This document shows positions 1 through 15,700 of a DNA stretch of 64,000 bases, one piece after another. Source of the stretch: Selaginella moellendorffii (taxonomy: Eukaryota; Plantae; Lycopodiophyta); NCBI RefSeq assembly GCF_000143415.4, contig NW_003314302.1, positions 1,339,752 through 1,403,751 on the forward strand, read 5' to 3'. The notes below the pieces were generated by a model. That model did no database searches. It was not told the DNA's origin and saw only the letters and a list, made by a program, of their open reading frames with translations. Made by a program: the position numbers and the translations under genes. Position 1 is the stretch's first letter. Each line of letters starts with the position of its first letter.

Positions 1-879
1 AACAAAAATTTAAATTTTTTATGATAACACAAAACTTACATTCAATAATTTAAAAGATTTTATGGTATGGTAAAGGGTGATGATCTTATACAGAAATATA
101 GTTTTAATTTCTAACTATAATAAAAGAGATATAAAAACATTTAATACAAAATTCCTAAATAATTCTTATACATAATTTATTTTTCAAGAAAATAGTTAAT
201 TTTACTTATGGAAAAAGCATAAACTAATAATAATAATAATAATTTACTAAATTTAATTTTTAATAATGTTTTTTAAATATATTTCATAAATTTCATAAAA
301 TAATTAAATAATTGAAATTGTTTTTACATAAAAATACCTTCCTTAGGATGATATATCATTTCTTTTCCTTTGCAAATTAAATATGATTAATATTCTCCTT
401 TGCAATTGGTTACATATGAAATTAGGCAAATCTATATTAATCATAAAAGATTATTCTAAACCATAGTAACCCTTTTAGAAATCAAAAGTGATTATTATCT
501 AAATAATTTTCCATTAAAACTTGTAAATATTTTTTTAATATTAATTATATATATGAATAAATATTTTGATCTTGATTAAATTTATTATTGTTAGGGGCTT
601 TCTTTTGATAGATAAACGTCTAGGAAAAGACATTCACAAAATTCAGTATTTAGTAAAGTATTAGGATGTTTAGTTTTTTCTCTCTCCAATTCTCAATCCT
701 ATTCATTCATTCTCATTTTTTCTAGATGTTGTATTAAATTAAACTTGGAAAAATCCATTTAAAATAAAAAATCAATAGTGATAGATATTATTGATGCACT
801 CCAAAGTGATAACCTTAACAAGGTTGTCTATAAGACTATTTAGACACCATGATTAATATAACACAATTGTGATATAGTT

Positions 880-1790
880 TTTTGGTGTTGATCATCAGAA
901 AGTTAATTACCTTTTCTAGCTATACATTCTATATATGGATACTTTTTTCTTAATTGAGTTAAAGCAATACAAGCAATGCATTGTAACAATATTTGGTATT
1001 TTAACATTCTTATTCAGAGTGGATTCTCTTAAATAATGGTCTAACATTTATGGCTGAGGCATTTTATGTTTAGGGATATAGTACAATTTCACAAATGATT
1101 ATCATCTGGTGGTTTGGTGGAAAAATTAGTTTAGACTTTAAAAAGAATGATTAAGAAGTATGTACTTTTAGTATTTGGATTGAGATAGTTATTTGTTATC
1201 TCTTTGGTATGTATATATTGCAAAGATATAGAGTTCTATTGGTGCTTAAATTTTTATATGGTCATAGTCCAATTTTACTAATGGAGTTTAATTTACTTTT
1301 GCAGTTGCCATAAATTATTAATGCTAGGTTCCTAGAATTAATATTTAAAAATCATTCTTTCATTGGATCAAGTGAAATTTATTAAATACTTGGGCATATA
1401 CAAGTGGGAGAACAGCAACACTATAACTCTTGTTATCATTTAATATATTGTTTTTCTAAAGGGCTTCTTGCTTAAAAAAAGACCATATTAAGTGTTATAT
1501 CAAGTTGGACTATAAATTTATAAATGTTTAACATGTTGATCCTCTTGAAATTGTATATGTGATATGGCTAAAGTGTTTCACATAAAAAGATTAGGAACAT
1601 GCACCATCTATAGAGCCATTAATACCTCTTCCTAATGTTCTTTTAGATTCTGGCCTATCAACTAAAGAACTAAATTTTTTTCCATCCTTTCAAGAGGAGG
1701 GAATGATATGAGGTTCAACTATAATGTCATATGTGGGTTTTTTTGGCTAATTTAATATGCACATTTTTTTATTCCATGCACTCACATCAG
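880..1790 (+). mobile_element. Highly decayed Ty3/gypsy integrase region, PPT and 3' LTR remnant (short-LTR family)
   Basis: Colinear with the integrase-PPT-LTR ends of the copies at 10.7-11.65 kb, 12.8-13.8 kb (-) and 36.2-38.0 kb; PPT 'caagaggagggaatga' at ~1691 followed by degenerate LTR ending 'gcactcaca'. Boundaries approximate. Confidence 0.7.
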
Positions 1791-1892
1791 TTATTGAATA
1801 TATTATTTTTTATTTATTAGTTTTTTATTCTTAAAATAATTCAGAAAAAAAAGCAAACCAATATTCATACATTTATATGGCCCAATGGCTGA

Positions 1893-3760
<1,868 letters not shown>

Positions 3761-6700
3761 CGTATTCTATCGATCTTTTCTCGTTCCTCAGCGACCCTCT
3801 ATATTCAGTCGAAATATATCCATTGTCCTCAGCTGCCAGTCCAGCGTCAAACTTTCAAATCTTACTGCAAATTGTGGGTTTGAGGCTTTCAATGTTTCGT
3901 GGATTGCCCAGTTCCCCCGCTGATCTTTTTGCAAGTCAATTTGATGATCTTCTAGCTAGAAACTCGCTGTCAGATTGACTAAGGTTTAGATTTATCGTTT
4001 TTCTATGGGAAAAGAAAAAGGGAAACGCAAATAACAAAGCACTGTAATAAATGGCGTGATGTGATGGAAGTGGCCAATCATGATCAAGTGAGGCTGTAGC
4101 ATGTGTGTGACAGTGGGAAGAGAAAGCGAAACGTTTTCCTGGGCGGGAGTTCTCAAGAAAGAGATAGCACAGTTCTTCAAGCACTTAGCAGTGGAACTTT
4201 CTACTGGTTTGTTGGGAAGGATTACCACATTTGCATTGTGGTAGCAAAGCATGGTGAGGATCATCACCGCCAGCTCAGGTGAGAGGACTGTTGGGCTTTC
4301 TCCGTCAAGTTCTTAAGCTAACTCATGATGGATATAATTCAGTTGGCAAAACTATTAATGACATAGAGGGCGATGTTTTTTTTGGGAGGGGGAATTTTCA
4401 GGTGGGGCCCCTAAACACATAAAAATAATCTCTAAAAATATCCAAGAATCTCTCTACAGCTAGATTTTTCTTGTCTTTTATAGGTAATAATGCATTGGGA
4501 TAATTTATTTTGGGGGAAGGGGGGACCTAGGCCCCTCCCCCCAAAATTCCAATGCCATGGTCCCCCCTTCCCCCAAATTCCAATGCCATGTCACTGATAG
4601 GGTGCATGAAACAAAAGACCCCACTCTTAGGGAAAATTCATTATAGATTGTGTGCAGTGAGGTAATGCAAGCAACCATTCTCACTTTTCAGCTGAGACAT
4701 TGACTTTAAAAGGATCTGTGACAATTTCAAGTTCAGTATTAGGAGCATTTTGTATTTATCATTTGTATTCATATGATTGTTTGATCAGCCTTTTACTTTT
4801 TGTTTTGCATGAATCCTAAATTTATTGGTTTAGAACTTTTGACCTTTTTAGTTTGCTTGAGGCATATAATTTTTTATTTTTTTCAAAGAGCTGAAACATT
4901 TACAGGTTTAATGATTTTTACAATCCATTGATTTTTCCCATGATGACTTGGATGCTAGATCTATGTGATTATTTGGTATTCAAGTTTGAAAATTGTGGCA
5001 TGCAAGGGTCTAATTTAGAACTGAGACTGTTTAAAGGTTTTCTTCATGCCCATTTAGACATGATTGCAATCCAAAGGCCACTTTCCTATACTTAGTTGGG
5101 TATGTAGTTCTAGGATCATAAGATTCATTCAATGAATCAAACAGTAATCATTTCTCAAATACTAGCCTCTCTAGCTCCACCTCATATGGATGGGGCATTT
5201 TAGTGGTGGAAAGTGGGGGGAGTACCCACAAAGTTTTTGGGCCATAATGTTTCAAAATGTTATTCCAAAATTCTTAACCATATAAAAGAAAAAGAGTAGT
5301 CATCTTGCTTAGTAACTAAGGAAGGTTAGTGGGATTTAGTGGATGGGCTTCAAGCCCTAATTCAGTAATGGTATTGGTGAGCATTGCTATGGATGCTTAT
5401 GTGTTTTATTATTAAGTATATTTAGCTTAGCTTTTGCTCTGTTTTGCATTAGTTTGTCAAGAACCTCTGCATATTAAGACTAATCCCTCAATATCACTAC
5501 ATAATAACTTATCGTATTTGCTAAATATATTAGTTCCATTTGGTGGTTATTTACAAAAAGTGTCTAAATCTACTAGTTAAACATATTTATAGAATATAAA
5601 GATTGTCTTAAATAGAATGGTGTTGCTTTTCCATCTGCAATTTAGCACCATTTTATATTTAATAAGTTTTCATGATTTTTAAGATTGGGGTGAAAGCTTA
5701 AAGTGTGTGTTCCTCAGAGGGGGTAGGTTCCAAATATATAGTAGGGATAGTGAGTAGGTTAAGCATGACCAACTAACTTAGTTTTTGGTTGTGTACTTGT
5801 CTTTATTTTATGTTTGCCTTGGGTCTAAGTCTAAACTCCATACTATATTAGCTAGAGTACTTATATCCTCACGTTAGGCTATTGATATGGTGAAATAGTG
5901 CCAAAATCTAACTCTGTTTGGCTCCGTTTTAAATGTTGGTTTTAACATTGGGATATTAAATATTCTAGGACTATTCTAATGTCACTTCATGCTCTTGTCT
6001 CTTTACTCCCTAGGTTGTACACTTAGAAGTCATTTAATGCTCTACTATATTTCACTTCTTGGTTACATACTCAAAAGTTTGGCTCCATCCCTTTGTTTAA
6101 TGGCCTAAGGCCTTGAAACTTGGGTTTCACTCCACTACCCTTGGCTTATGTGTCCAAAGGTTATAATTCCACTCTGTGGTAATCTTATAGTAAATCATAA
6201 AAACCACATGTATTACATTTTAGGTGTCTAAAGTAAGATTGGACATATGGAACATTTAAACAAAGTGCTCTGTTGGTGTGGCTTTGAGATCACCTCTAGA
6301 GACTAGCAAATTCCCTAAGTCAAAATAAAGATTTATAGAGGTTATGAGTGGGACTCTTCCAAATGGTCAAAAATATCATTAAGTGATTAAAGTATAATGG
6401 AAAATTTAGCCATTTACAAGTGTATTGAATGGGTTGAGCAAGATATATTAACAGAACTTGGCATGACTATAGTTAAGGATTCTCTCATCGTAACTACTCC
6501 CAACATCACTTAACCAGATAAGGGATAAGTTACTTTTCAAACTCTAGATAAAACTTTAGTGCAATATCAAAAACTCATTTAGCAATAGTAGTAGATATAA
6601 GACAAGATCCTCAAGAAGCTAAAAGTCTTACGCTTGCTAGATGTTATGCCATCCCATCCCCTCATATTTTGTTCTCATTACAAAGCTCACAAACATCCAA

Positions 6701-7210
6701 TTGAGGTGTTTAACTCTCTATCTTGAGCAACAGCCAATATACTTATAACAGCAAGTCCTATAGCAATATGGTCAAGACTCAAGATGGTTATGAACAATTT
6801 CTACAATTATTGATAGTATGTATACAGCTATTATTAGGAATGCTAAGAGTTATACTTTGGCTACTTAAGCTTCTCAAGGCTCTATCAACATGATTGATAA
6901 TCCCTTTTTCACCGAAGATTACTTGTATTCCTTGAGATAGTTATCAACACATTGCTGCCTAAGCTTCATACCATAAATTGCATCATAGAATTTGTTAAAT
7001 AAACCCCTTATTTTCTTAAATTTAATCAAGATATATAATATTTTTTCAATTAATAATATTTTATATCATATTTGCTAATATCATCATATTATTTAAATAA
7101 ATAAGTATATAAACTTTTAACTATGATTAAAACACCATTAGTAACCCATTTCATTATTACTGAGAAAGCTTCTGTAAAAGTAATTTTTGTATTAATATAA
7201 AACTTATATC

Positions 7211-10200
7211 TGTGAGGTTCAATATGTCTACAATGCCATATACTAATACTAATGTAGTGGGATTTTAATAACTGTTAGATTGGTTTCAATTTAAATTACT
7301 CACTCATATATAAAGCTAGGGTTTTTGGGCTAAATCTAACTTTTGCATAGTCAAGAATCTCACTTTCTTTATAGCTTTTTTAGTTTCTTCTCTTTTTCTT
7401 TTGTTCATCTTTATGGTAGAGTAGTAGCTTTAACTTTGGAGTAGTAGTTGGTGCAATTACTCAATGCTTTGTGGTTGTAATTTAACAATCAAACTCAGTT
7501 AATGATAGCATTCATGACGTATGGTACAGCTCCTATTCTTACTACCAATTTTCATGTTCGAGTAAAGTTTTTTTGTAAGAATTTTAAGGATGATATGTAT
7601 TATTAGTTTGATCACTTTATGGTGATTACTACTTATCATTCTTGGGATGATACTTGGCATTTATGTGAGTTTCCCACGTGTCTCCAAAAAGCGATATTGC
7701 AATGGTACAATGGTTTGAGTGTAGTTATTCATGTGGATTGGAGCATTCTCCTAAACATCCTTAAATGCACATTTGGACATGTTAACAATTGTGATAATGC
7801 CTTACAATAATCACATTATTTTTATCAAAAGCTATATAAATCATTGATGCAATTTGGCATTTACTTCCAAAGCTTTTTGCTTTGTGCGAAGCATTAGAGT
7901 AGATCAAGTTGGGAATGTTATGACTAGCACTTCGTCAAAATCTTGTGGGACATGTGCATATATTTACTCTAACCACCCTTAATGTTACTCTTTGATTAAC
8001 ATAATATTATGAGAAATCGCCTCTTGCACTTCTTACTATAGATCCTTCAACTCCACTTGTTGTGCAAGATCGTACTATTTCAATAGAAACTAATGCTACT
8101 ACTACTTGTGTATAAAGACAAGAGTGAGGATGTGGTCATGGCTGTGATGTCCATTGTTGAGTATGTAATAAGGTTAATTACACATATTGGCATTATTAGT
8201 GTTTAGCATCTTCAATTTCTCAAGTGGAAGCCTTGGCATCAATGTTGTTCTATTGGTATTGTTGTAAGAAACAAAGAGTTGTATGAGTAGTCAAGGGTTT
8301 TTGCATAATAAGTTAGTGACCCCTTCATACTTCTTTCAAGAGTATTATCAAGGGGTTCACTCGGCATCAATTTATTTAGTGTTTACTTTCCAAATTCGTT
8401 TTGAGAATAAAAGGCTTCATATTATTTTCTCTTTGTTGGTTGATACAAACTTGAGATTATCTTTTATTGCTCGACTTATTATCGCATGTTGCCATCTATA
8501 GTTATATCGTGTGGTAGAACTAGTTTTCATTCTTTATGGCAATAGCCAATATATATATGTGCACGGGATGAGATGGACTTAATTGTGCGTATGTGAATTT
8601 CGAAAGGTTGCGGGTGGTGCTAAGTTAAGCATTCTTGGTATGGATTAGTTGTAATGCAATCATACTAAATGTGACTTTGAGGCTTCTCCCTCTTATTTTA
8701 TACTTCCTTATATTTTTTTCAATCCTCTCACTTTTGTTCTCTTTTATTTCTCTTCTTTTACTTTTACTTTCATCACTTTTGTTTCCTCACGACTTCCTAC
8801 TGTGTTTCCATCTTGCTCCTCTATTCCCTTTCTAGATCACTCCAATGGTCTTTGTGTCATAGTAGTGGACTAACTCAAAGAGTATATTAATTTCTTTAAC
8901 TTTGATATATTGTTTAGGGTTAAGATTGCAACATGTCATTTTATTCTAACTAGGGATGTTCTTCCCATCAAGGGTCTTGTTTAGCATTAGTCATCAAAGG
9001 AGATTAAAATTTTACTCACAAACATCAAGGAGATGTTAGAAAAGGGTGTTATCAAAAAGTAATGAAATCCTTGAGTATGTGAACTTCATTTTATGACAAA
9101 ACTTAATAGGAGTATTTGCTTCTGTATTGACTATCATCTATTAAATGAGATGACTTTCCTAAACATATACCCTCTTCCTCACACTACTAATGTTTTGGAT
9201 CATCTAAAAAGAAGTCATTGGTTCATTAAGTTAAATTTTGCTTCTAGGTATTGGCAAGTGCTAATAGCTAAAGAAGATGTTCCCAAGACTATTTTTCATA
9301 CACTATTTGGTTGTATAAATTTGTGGTATTGCTATTCAATTTTAACAATGCTTTAGCCACATTTCAGTGTATGATGGACAAAGTTCTTTGCGATAAGCTG
9401 AAGATGACTATTAATTTTATTAATGATGTTTTAATCCATTTGAAGGGGACATAAGAGAAGCATATCCATAATGTTCGTAAAGTGTTAGATTAGCTGGGGA
9501 AAGTTAGTTTAAAGTTAAAGCAACTAAAGCGCATGTTTAGGTATAAGGATAAAACTTATCTTGGATACCATATTTCTTATGAAGGTTTGTAAGTTAATCA
9601 TAACAAACTTTTGACTATTTTAAAGTTCCTTACTCTGAAGTGTATAAATGATGTGCAATGCTTCTTAGGTAAGGTGTAATATTTCAGCCGTTTGGTTTAT
9701 CATCTTTCTGATTATATTGCACTATTGCAAGTGTTATTGAAGTCATCAATGTCGTCTTTCATTTAGTCTATAAACTATGAGTGGGCATTTACAGATCTCA
9801 AAAAATTAGTGATAACTCGTCTAATTTTAGTATATCCTAACTACATTTGACCTTTTATTTTGAACATGGATGCTTCTAATATCGATTTTAGAGGTATATT
9901 AGTGCAAGAAAGCCTGAGTGTGCCTAAGCAACACCATCCTATCACATATATCAACCATACATTACAACTAATATAGATAAACTACTTATAAGCAGAGGGA
10001 AAGGGCCCATAAATAAAAGTGCACCTAATTTTCTAATTGGTTAAGGGTCTTAGGATACTTAGGGTTAAATGTCCTTGCGTTTGGGTGACCTCCCGGGAAG
10101 TCCAAACTCAAGATTTTACATTTGGTATTAGAAAAATCTCAAATCCAATTCTATCGATTGGCTAAAAGAATTATACCATATGTTGAAATTGACATCTAGC

Positions 10201-11655
10201 AGGTCTAGTATGCCCTTGACCTAAGGGGTAGGGTGTCTTACGTAAAGGAGTGTTTAGTAGCAATTTAAATTTTTGAAAAGCTTCATATATATTTACATGA
10301 TTCTTAGATATTACTAAAAGTTGATTATATTGTAATTACTTCATTATTGAAGTGGAGGAACTTGATTGTTCATATTATTTGGTGGGCCCTAAATCTTTAT
10401 ATACATGATATCAAGGTTATTTATTACCCGAAGAGTTCTATGGCTGATGTTGATACCATTTCTTAAGCTCCTTTCCTTTCTTCACTCTTTTCTTCTATTT
10501 CTGATAAGCCTATTATTTTAGCATTAATGGGTGCTGTCAATAGTTTTTACACATGATATTTAGTGTTTATAAAGTGTAAAACAAAATTTACTATCTCTTG
10601 ATGAACTTCATGAAGTTTAAAAAGTTGATTTGTGGATCTAAAGACTTAACTTGCTAGATGGAAGTTGGTGCTCTTGATAATGCATTAGTGATTGTTGTTA
10701 AGTACTTCTTAATTGAGTGGTGTTTCAACATTTCTATCTTGACTGGATTTTCTTAGATAATAATCCCGCATTTATGGCTGAGGCATTTCACATTTTAACA
10801 TCTTGATTGGGGATACACCACACTTTTATAAGTGCTTATCATTCACATACAGATGGTTTGGTGAAATAACTTGTTTAAACCTTTAAAAGGATGTCACATG
10901 TACATGAACTTTTAGTATTTGGATTGGGATGGTTATTTGCCATATTTTTTATATGCATATATTATAGAGGTACAAAGTTTTATTGGTGCTTTATTATATA
11001 AACTCCTATATAGTCATGACTTGATACTACAAATAAAATTAAGTTTACCTTTATGATTACCACGAGTTGTTGATATTCGGTCTTGGGATCAGTATTTAAC
11101 AAGCATTATCCCATTTGTTCGAATGGAGTTTATTGAATATTTGGGCTATGTATAAGTGGGTCAAAAATGGCATTACAACTCCCATCATCATCTAGGTGTA
11201 GAGTACAAAGTGGATAATTTAGTGTTAGTCTATTTTCTCAATTTTATGGTATATGGTTTATGTCAAACACTCTTTGTTCAATAGAAGGGACCATATTAGG
11301 TGTTGTAACAAGTTTTACTGCAAGTTTATGAGGTTTAATATAACATTCAACATGTTGATCCTCCAAAAATTATGCATATGCAACAACTAAAATGCTTCAT
11401 ATAAAGGAATTAGGAACAACTAACACCACTTTTGAGACCCACTAACACCTCCTAATATTCCTCCAAATCGCAGCCCATTAGCCAAAGGCCATTACCTTGA
11501 CTACCTTCTATCTTTTTGAGAGGAAGGGATGATGTGGGATTCAAGTGTATATCTATAATAAAATATATTAATATTAGAGTAGTGTTGCTTTTATGGTTTT
11601 TGGGGCTAATGGATATGTATATTTCTATATTCCACTTCCATATTCCTTACAAGCA
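7211..11655 (+). mobile_element. Old, heavily decayed Ty3/gypsy element of the short-LTR family
   Basis: 5' LTR-like 'tgtgaggttcaatatgtctacaatgccatatactaat' at 7211; RT remnant (ICFCIDYHLLNEMT...YPLPH...KLNFASRYWQV, 9093-9356); RNase H and integrase remnants; PPT 'gagaggaagggatga' and 3' LTR at ~11533-11655. Many stops. Confidence 0.8.
9998..10244 (+). mobile_element. Fragment of a 5S-rRNA-bearing (Cassandra-like) TRIM inserted in the gypsy RNase H region
   Basis: Interrupts host 'gcagag|aaggagtgtttag'. Contains tgggtgacctcccgggaagtcc (10082-10103; plant 5S rRNA box-C region as I recall it), then LTR end 'ttttaca' and PBS 'tttggtattaga'. Homologous to the copies at 61.4-62.2 kb. Confidence 0.65.
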
Positions 11656-12579
11656 TATATCAAAAAATTTTAAATATTTAGTTTATATTTTCTAGTGTGG
11701 AGAGTGATGATATTATGCAAGAATATAATTATAATTACTAACTATAACATAAATTTATAAATATTTCTTTTACATAACTAGTAATTTATGTAAGAAACAT
11801 AAACTATTAGTAGGAGTGATTAAGCAAAGTTTAAGTTTTATGATTGAAATCTGAATAGTTTAAATAATAACTAAAAACATTTAAATTATTTATATATTAA
11901 TAATTTGCTGCATAGTGCATGAAACAACACTTGGTTTACTTAATAATAATATAATAATAATTATTTTTAATAATCCAGTAGATTAATAATTATAAATGTG
12001 TTTATAATTTATAAATCAAATATCAATTAAGAACAAATATTAGATGGTAAAATATCCCAAAATATATAAGCATATTTTATCACTACCATCCTAGTCCCCA
12101 TACAAATTTTGCTTAAGTAAACCAGAAATAACTTGTTTAGATTGGTATACCATTATTCTTACTAAATGTGAACAATATTTTTATTTATAATTGCTTAGAT
12201 GTGAACTGAGAGAAGGCATCCATGAGTCCTAGAGAGACATCTCAAAGCTGTTCAAATCCATCAAGGATTATTTTTTTCAGTTGTGGGTATTCCATTAAAA
12301 ATAATATTAATTATATTTTATTTATGTATAAATTTTATTATTACTTCATGAAGTAAGTGGTATTTAGAGAAACTGTTTAATGGATAAACTATTTAATGCC
12401 TTATAATATTATCTAGAGTATGTTTTTATGATATCATAAATTTAGTATTTAATGAACTACTAGTTTGTTTGTTTCTTTTCCTCATCCTTATTCATTTTTT
12501 CTAGATGTCATATCAAATTAAAATATGGTGTTTAATTAGTAAAAATTATTTTAAAATTGAAATAAATTGAAATACATTT

Positions 12580-12790
12580 AAAAGAATTCAAAAAAATCAA
12601 ATTAAATTAAATGAAATCAAATGAAGACAAACGAATTAAAACAAATTAAAATGAATTAAAATGAAAAATAGCCATTCTAGAACCCTAAAATATTGCTCAA
12701 AGTATTTCTGGGCCAATTATTTTTTTGGTTTTAATTTGTTTTAAATTTTTTGTCTTCATTTGATAGTTTGAATTCTTTTGAATTCATTTG
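12580..12790. repeat. AT-rich foldback / MITE-like inverted repeat
   Basis: atcaaatgaagacaaa (~12616) pairs with tttgtcttcatttgat (~12749); ttaaaacaaattaaaa pairs with ttttaatttgttttaa. Similar sequence resumes at 18016-18040 after the gypsy insertion. Confidence 0.45.
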
Positions 12791-12799
12791 AATTTGTTT

Positions 12800-15700
12800 T
12801 GTGAGTGCTTGGATTATGGAAAGGGAATATAGAAAATGTGTGTATCAATTAGCCCAAAAACCCTAGCTTATATACAAAAATAAGTGGTCCGGATTGAAAT
12901 CAGTCCAACAATTACCAAAATCCCACTATGCTAATATTAGTATACAGCATCGTAGTCATACACTTGGCCCTCATATCATCCCCTCCTCTCGAAATAATGA
13001 ACACCATTAGGGTTCTCTTGTAGACGGGCCGGGATCAAAAGGAACGTCAGGAGGAGGCATTGGCAGATTTATAAGTGGTATTAACTGCTTTTGATCCCTT
13101 TATATGAAGTGTTTCAACCATTGCATATGCACAATCTTTAGAGAATTGGCCTGCTGGATGTCATGCCAAACTTCATAATCTTGTGGTCCAACTTGTCGCA
13201 ACACTCGATACAGTCCTTTCCACTGTGCAAAGAGCCCCTTAGATAAACTTTATACTGTAAGATAGGAAAAACGGACTAACACTAAATCATCTACTTTATA
13301 CTCTGTAGGTGGATGATTATGGGAGTTGTAGCGCCGTTGTTGTCCCACTTGTACGTGGCCTAAGTGTTTGGCAGACTCTGCTTGGACAAGTGGAAGAATG
13401 CTCATCAAATACTAATCCCATGACTTAGCATCGGCCACTTATGGCAATCACGAAAGTAAAACCTAGCTCCGTTGGTAATATTGGATTATGACCATATAGG
13501 AGTTTATATGGTGAAGCACTAATAAAACTTTGCACCCCTATGACATATGCATACTGAAAAGACGGCAAATAACCATCCCAATTCGAATGCTGAAACTTCA
13601 CATACTTCACAATCATCCCTTTGAATGTCCGAACGAGCCATTCCACCAGACCGTCTGATTGTGGATGATAAACACTTGTGAAAGTGTGGTGTATCCCCAA
13701 CTGAGATGTCAAAACATGAAATGCCTCAGCTATAAATGCGGGACCATTATCTGAAAGAATCCGCTTTGGACAAGAATGCTGAAACACCACTTGATTGAGG
13801 AGGAAGTATCCGACAGCAGTTGCGAGGCGCTAACAAGAGCACCAACTTCCACCCAACAAGTCAAGTAGTTAGAAGCAATAATAACATATTCATTGCTAGC
13901 AGTCGACTGTGGAAAAGGTCCTATAAGATCAAACGCTACCAACTCAAACGGACGGGAAACGTCAAAACATGAAATGCCTCAGCTATAAATGCGGGACCAT
14001 TATCCGAAAGAATCTGCTTTGGACAAGAATGCTGAAACACCACTTGATTGAGGAGGAAGTATCCGACAGCAGTTGCGAGGCACTAACAAGAGCACCAATT
14101 TCCACCCAACAAGTCAAGTAGTCAGAAGCAATAATAACATATTCATTGCTAGCAGTCGACTGTGGAAAAGGTCCTATAACATCAAACGCTACCAACTCAA
14201 ACGGACGGGAAACTACAATTGACTCCAACCATCTTTGCACGAAGGGAAGTATTACGAGCTTGGCACCAAATGCAACTACGCACATACCAAATAATATCAC
14301 ATTGCATCTCTAGCCAATAGAAAAACCTATGTAACTTCTCGATTACACAATGATGTCCCATATGCCTACCTAGAACAGAAGAATCATGGTAGGCATGGAG
14401 AAACCACAGAATAAAGACAAAAGGCACCACCAATTGTAAATAATCATCATGATCTGTCCCCACAAAATAAAGAAGGCCATCTTCAAGGTGATATTGAGAA
14501 TATAAATGCCGGAAAGGCAAGTCATCAGCAAGTGATGCAAGATTCTCAAACCCATCTCGAAGCCTTTGAATCCACAGCTCAATCTTTTGAGCTTCGTGAA
14601 TGTCATCAAGAGAAGGTAGATCTTGCTCTACGCCTTGTGGACACTGAACATCAAGTACAACAACCACCGACGGCACAGAACCCTCATCTAGAAAATCCAC
14701 AAATGCTGGAACAACAAGCTCGTCAGAAACATGAGAAGAGAGTGGAGAAGGAAGAGGAACTCGAGAAAGGGCATCAGCATCAGCCATAGAACTCCCTAGG
14801 CGATAAATAACATCAAAATCATATATCTGAAGCTTCAAAGCCCATCGAGTAGTATGACCAACCAGGTTCTTCCACTTCAATAATGAAGTAACAGTAGCAT
14901 AGTCACCTTCAAGTAACATTCGAGAACCATGTAGATATGCATGAAGTTTCTCGAAACCCCAGCTACTACTAAACACTCCTTCTCTGTCGTGGAGTAGTTC
15001 ATCTCCATTGGTTGTAATGTATAGCTTATATACGCAATAAGATGGTGCTAACTAAGCACACACGAGCTCTCTTGTATCAACACACATCTAAGATCAATGT
15101 CAGAAGCATCCACGCACAAAATAAAAGGTCGAGTGTAGTTAGGATATGTCAAAACTGGAGTTGTCAATAGCTCTTTGAGATCCAAGAATGCTCGCTAACA
15201 ATCCGGAGACCAGATGAAAAATGACGTTGATGACTTCAGCAATCCTCGCAATAGTGCAGTGCAATCAAAAAAATGATCCACAAAACAACTGAGATACTGC
15301 ACTTTGCCCAAGAAGCGTTACATATCATTCACACACTTCGGAGTAAGGAACTTTAGAATAGCCACAAGTTTGTCAGGATCAACGAGAAATACAGTACCCA
15401 AAATAAGTTGTGTCCTTGGACCCAAACATGCACTTTGACCACTTCAGCTTTAAACCAACGTTGCGTATCTAATCCAACACTTTATAAACATCACAAACGT
15501 GCTCCTCCCACGTCTCCTCCGAGTTGATCAAGACATCATCAATGAAGTCAACAGTCACCTTCGGCATATCACAAAGAACCTTGTCCATCATTTTCTGGAA
15601 AGTTATTGGAGCATTATTCAAACCAAACGGCATCACCAATAACTCATACAAACCAAATGGTGTACAAAAAGCAGTCTTAGGGATATCTTCTTCTGCCATT

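Noticed and set aside
4400-7200. Genes in the region upstream of the P450
   Set aside because: No ORFs or coherent exon structure; CpG-depleted repeat debris with a short tandem duplication at ~4537-4590.
10060-10105. Functional 5S rRNA gene (also 61491-61546)
   Set aside because: Only the internal promoter portion is present, embedded in LTR sequence; the 5S 5' and 3' ends and the T-run terminator are missing.
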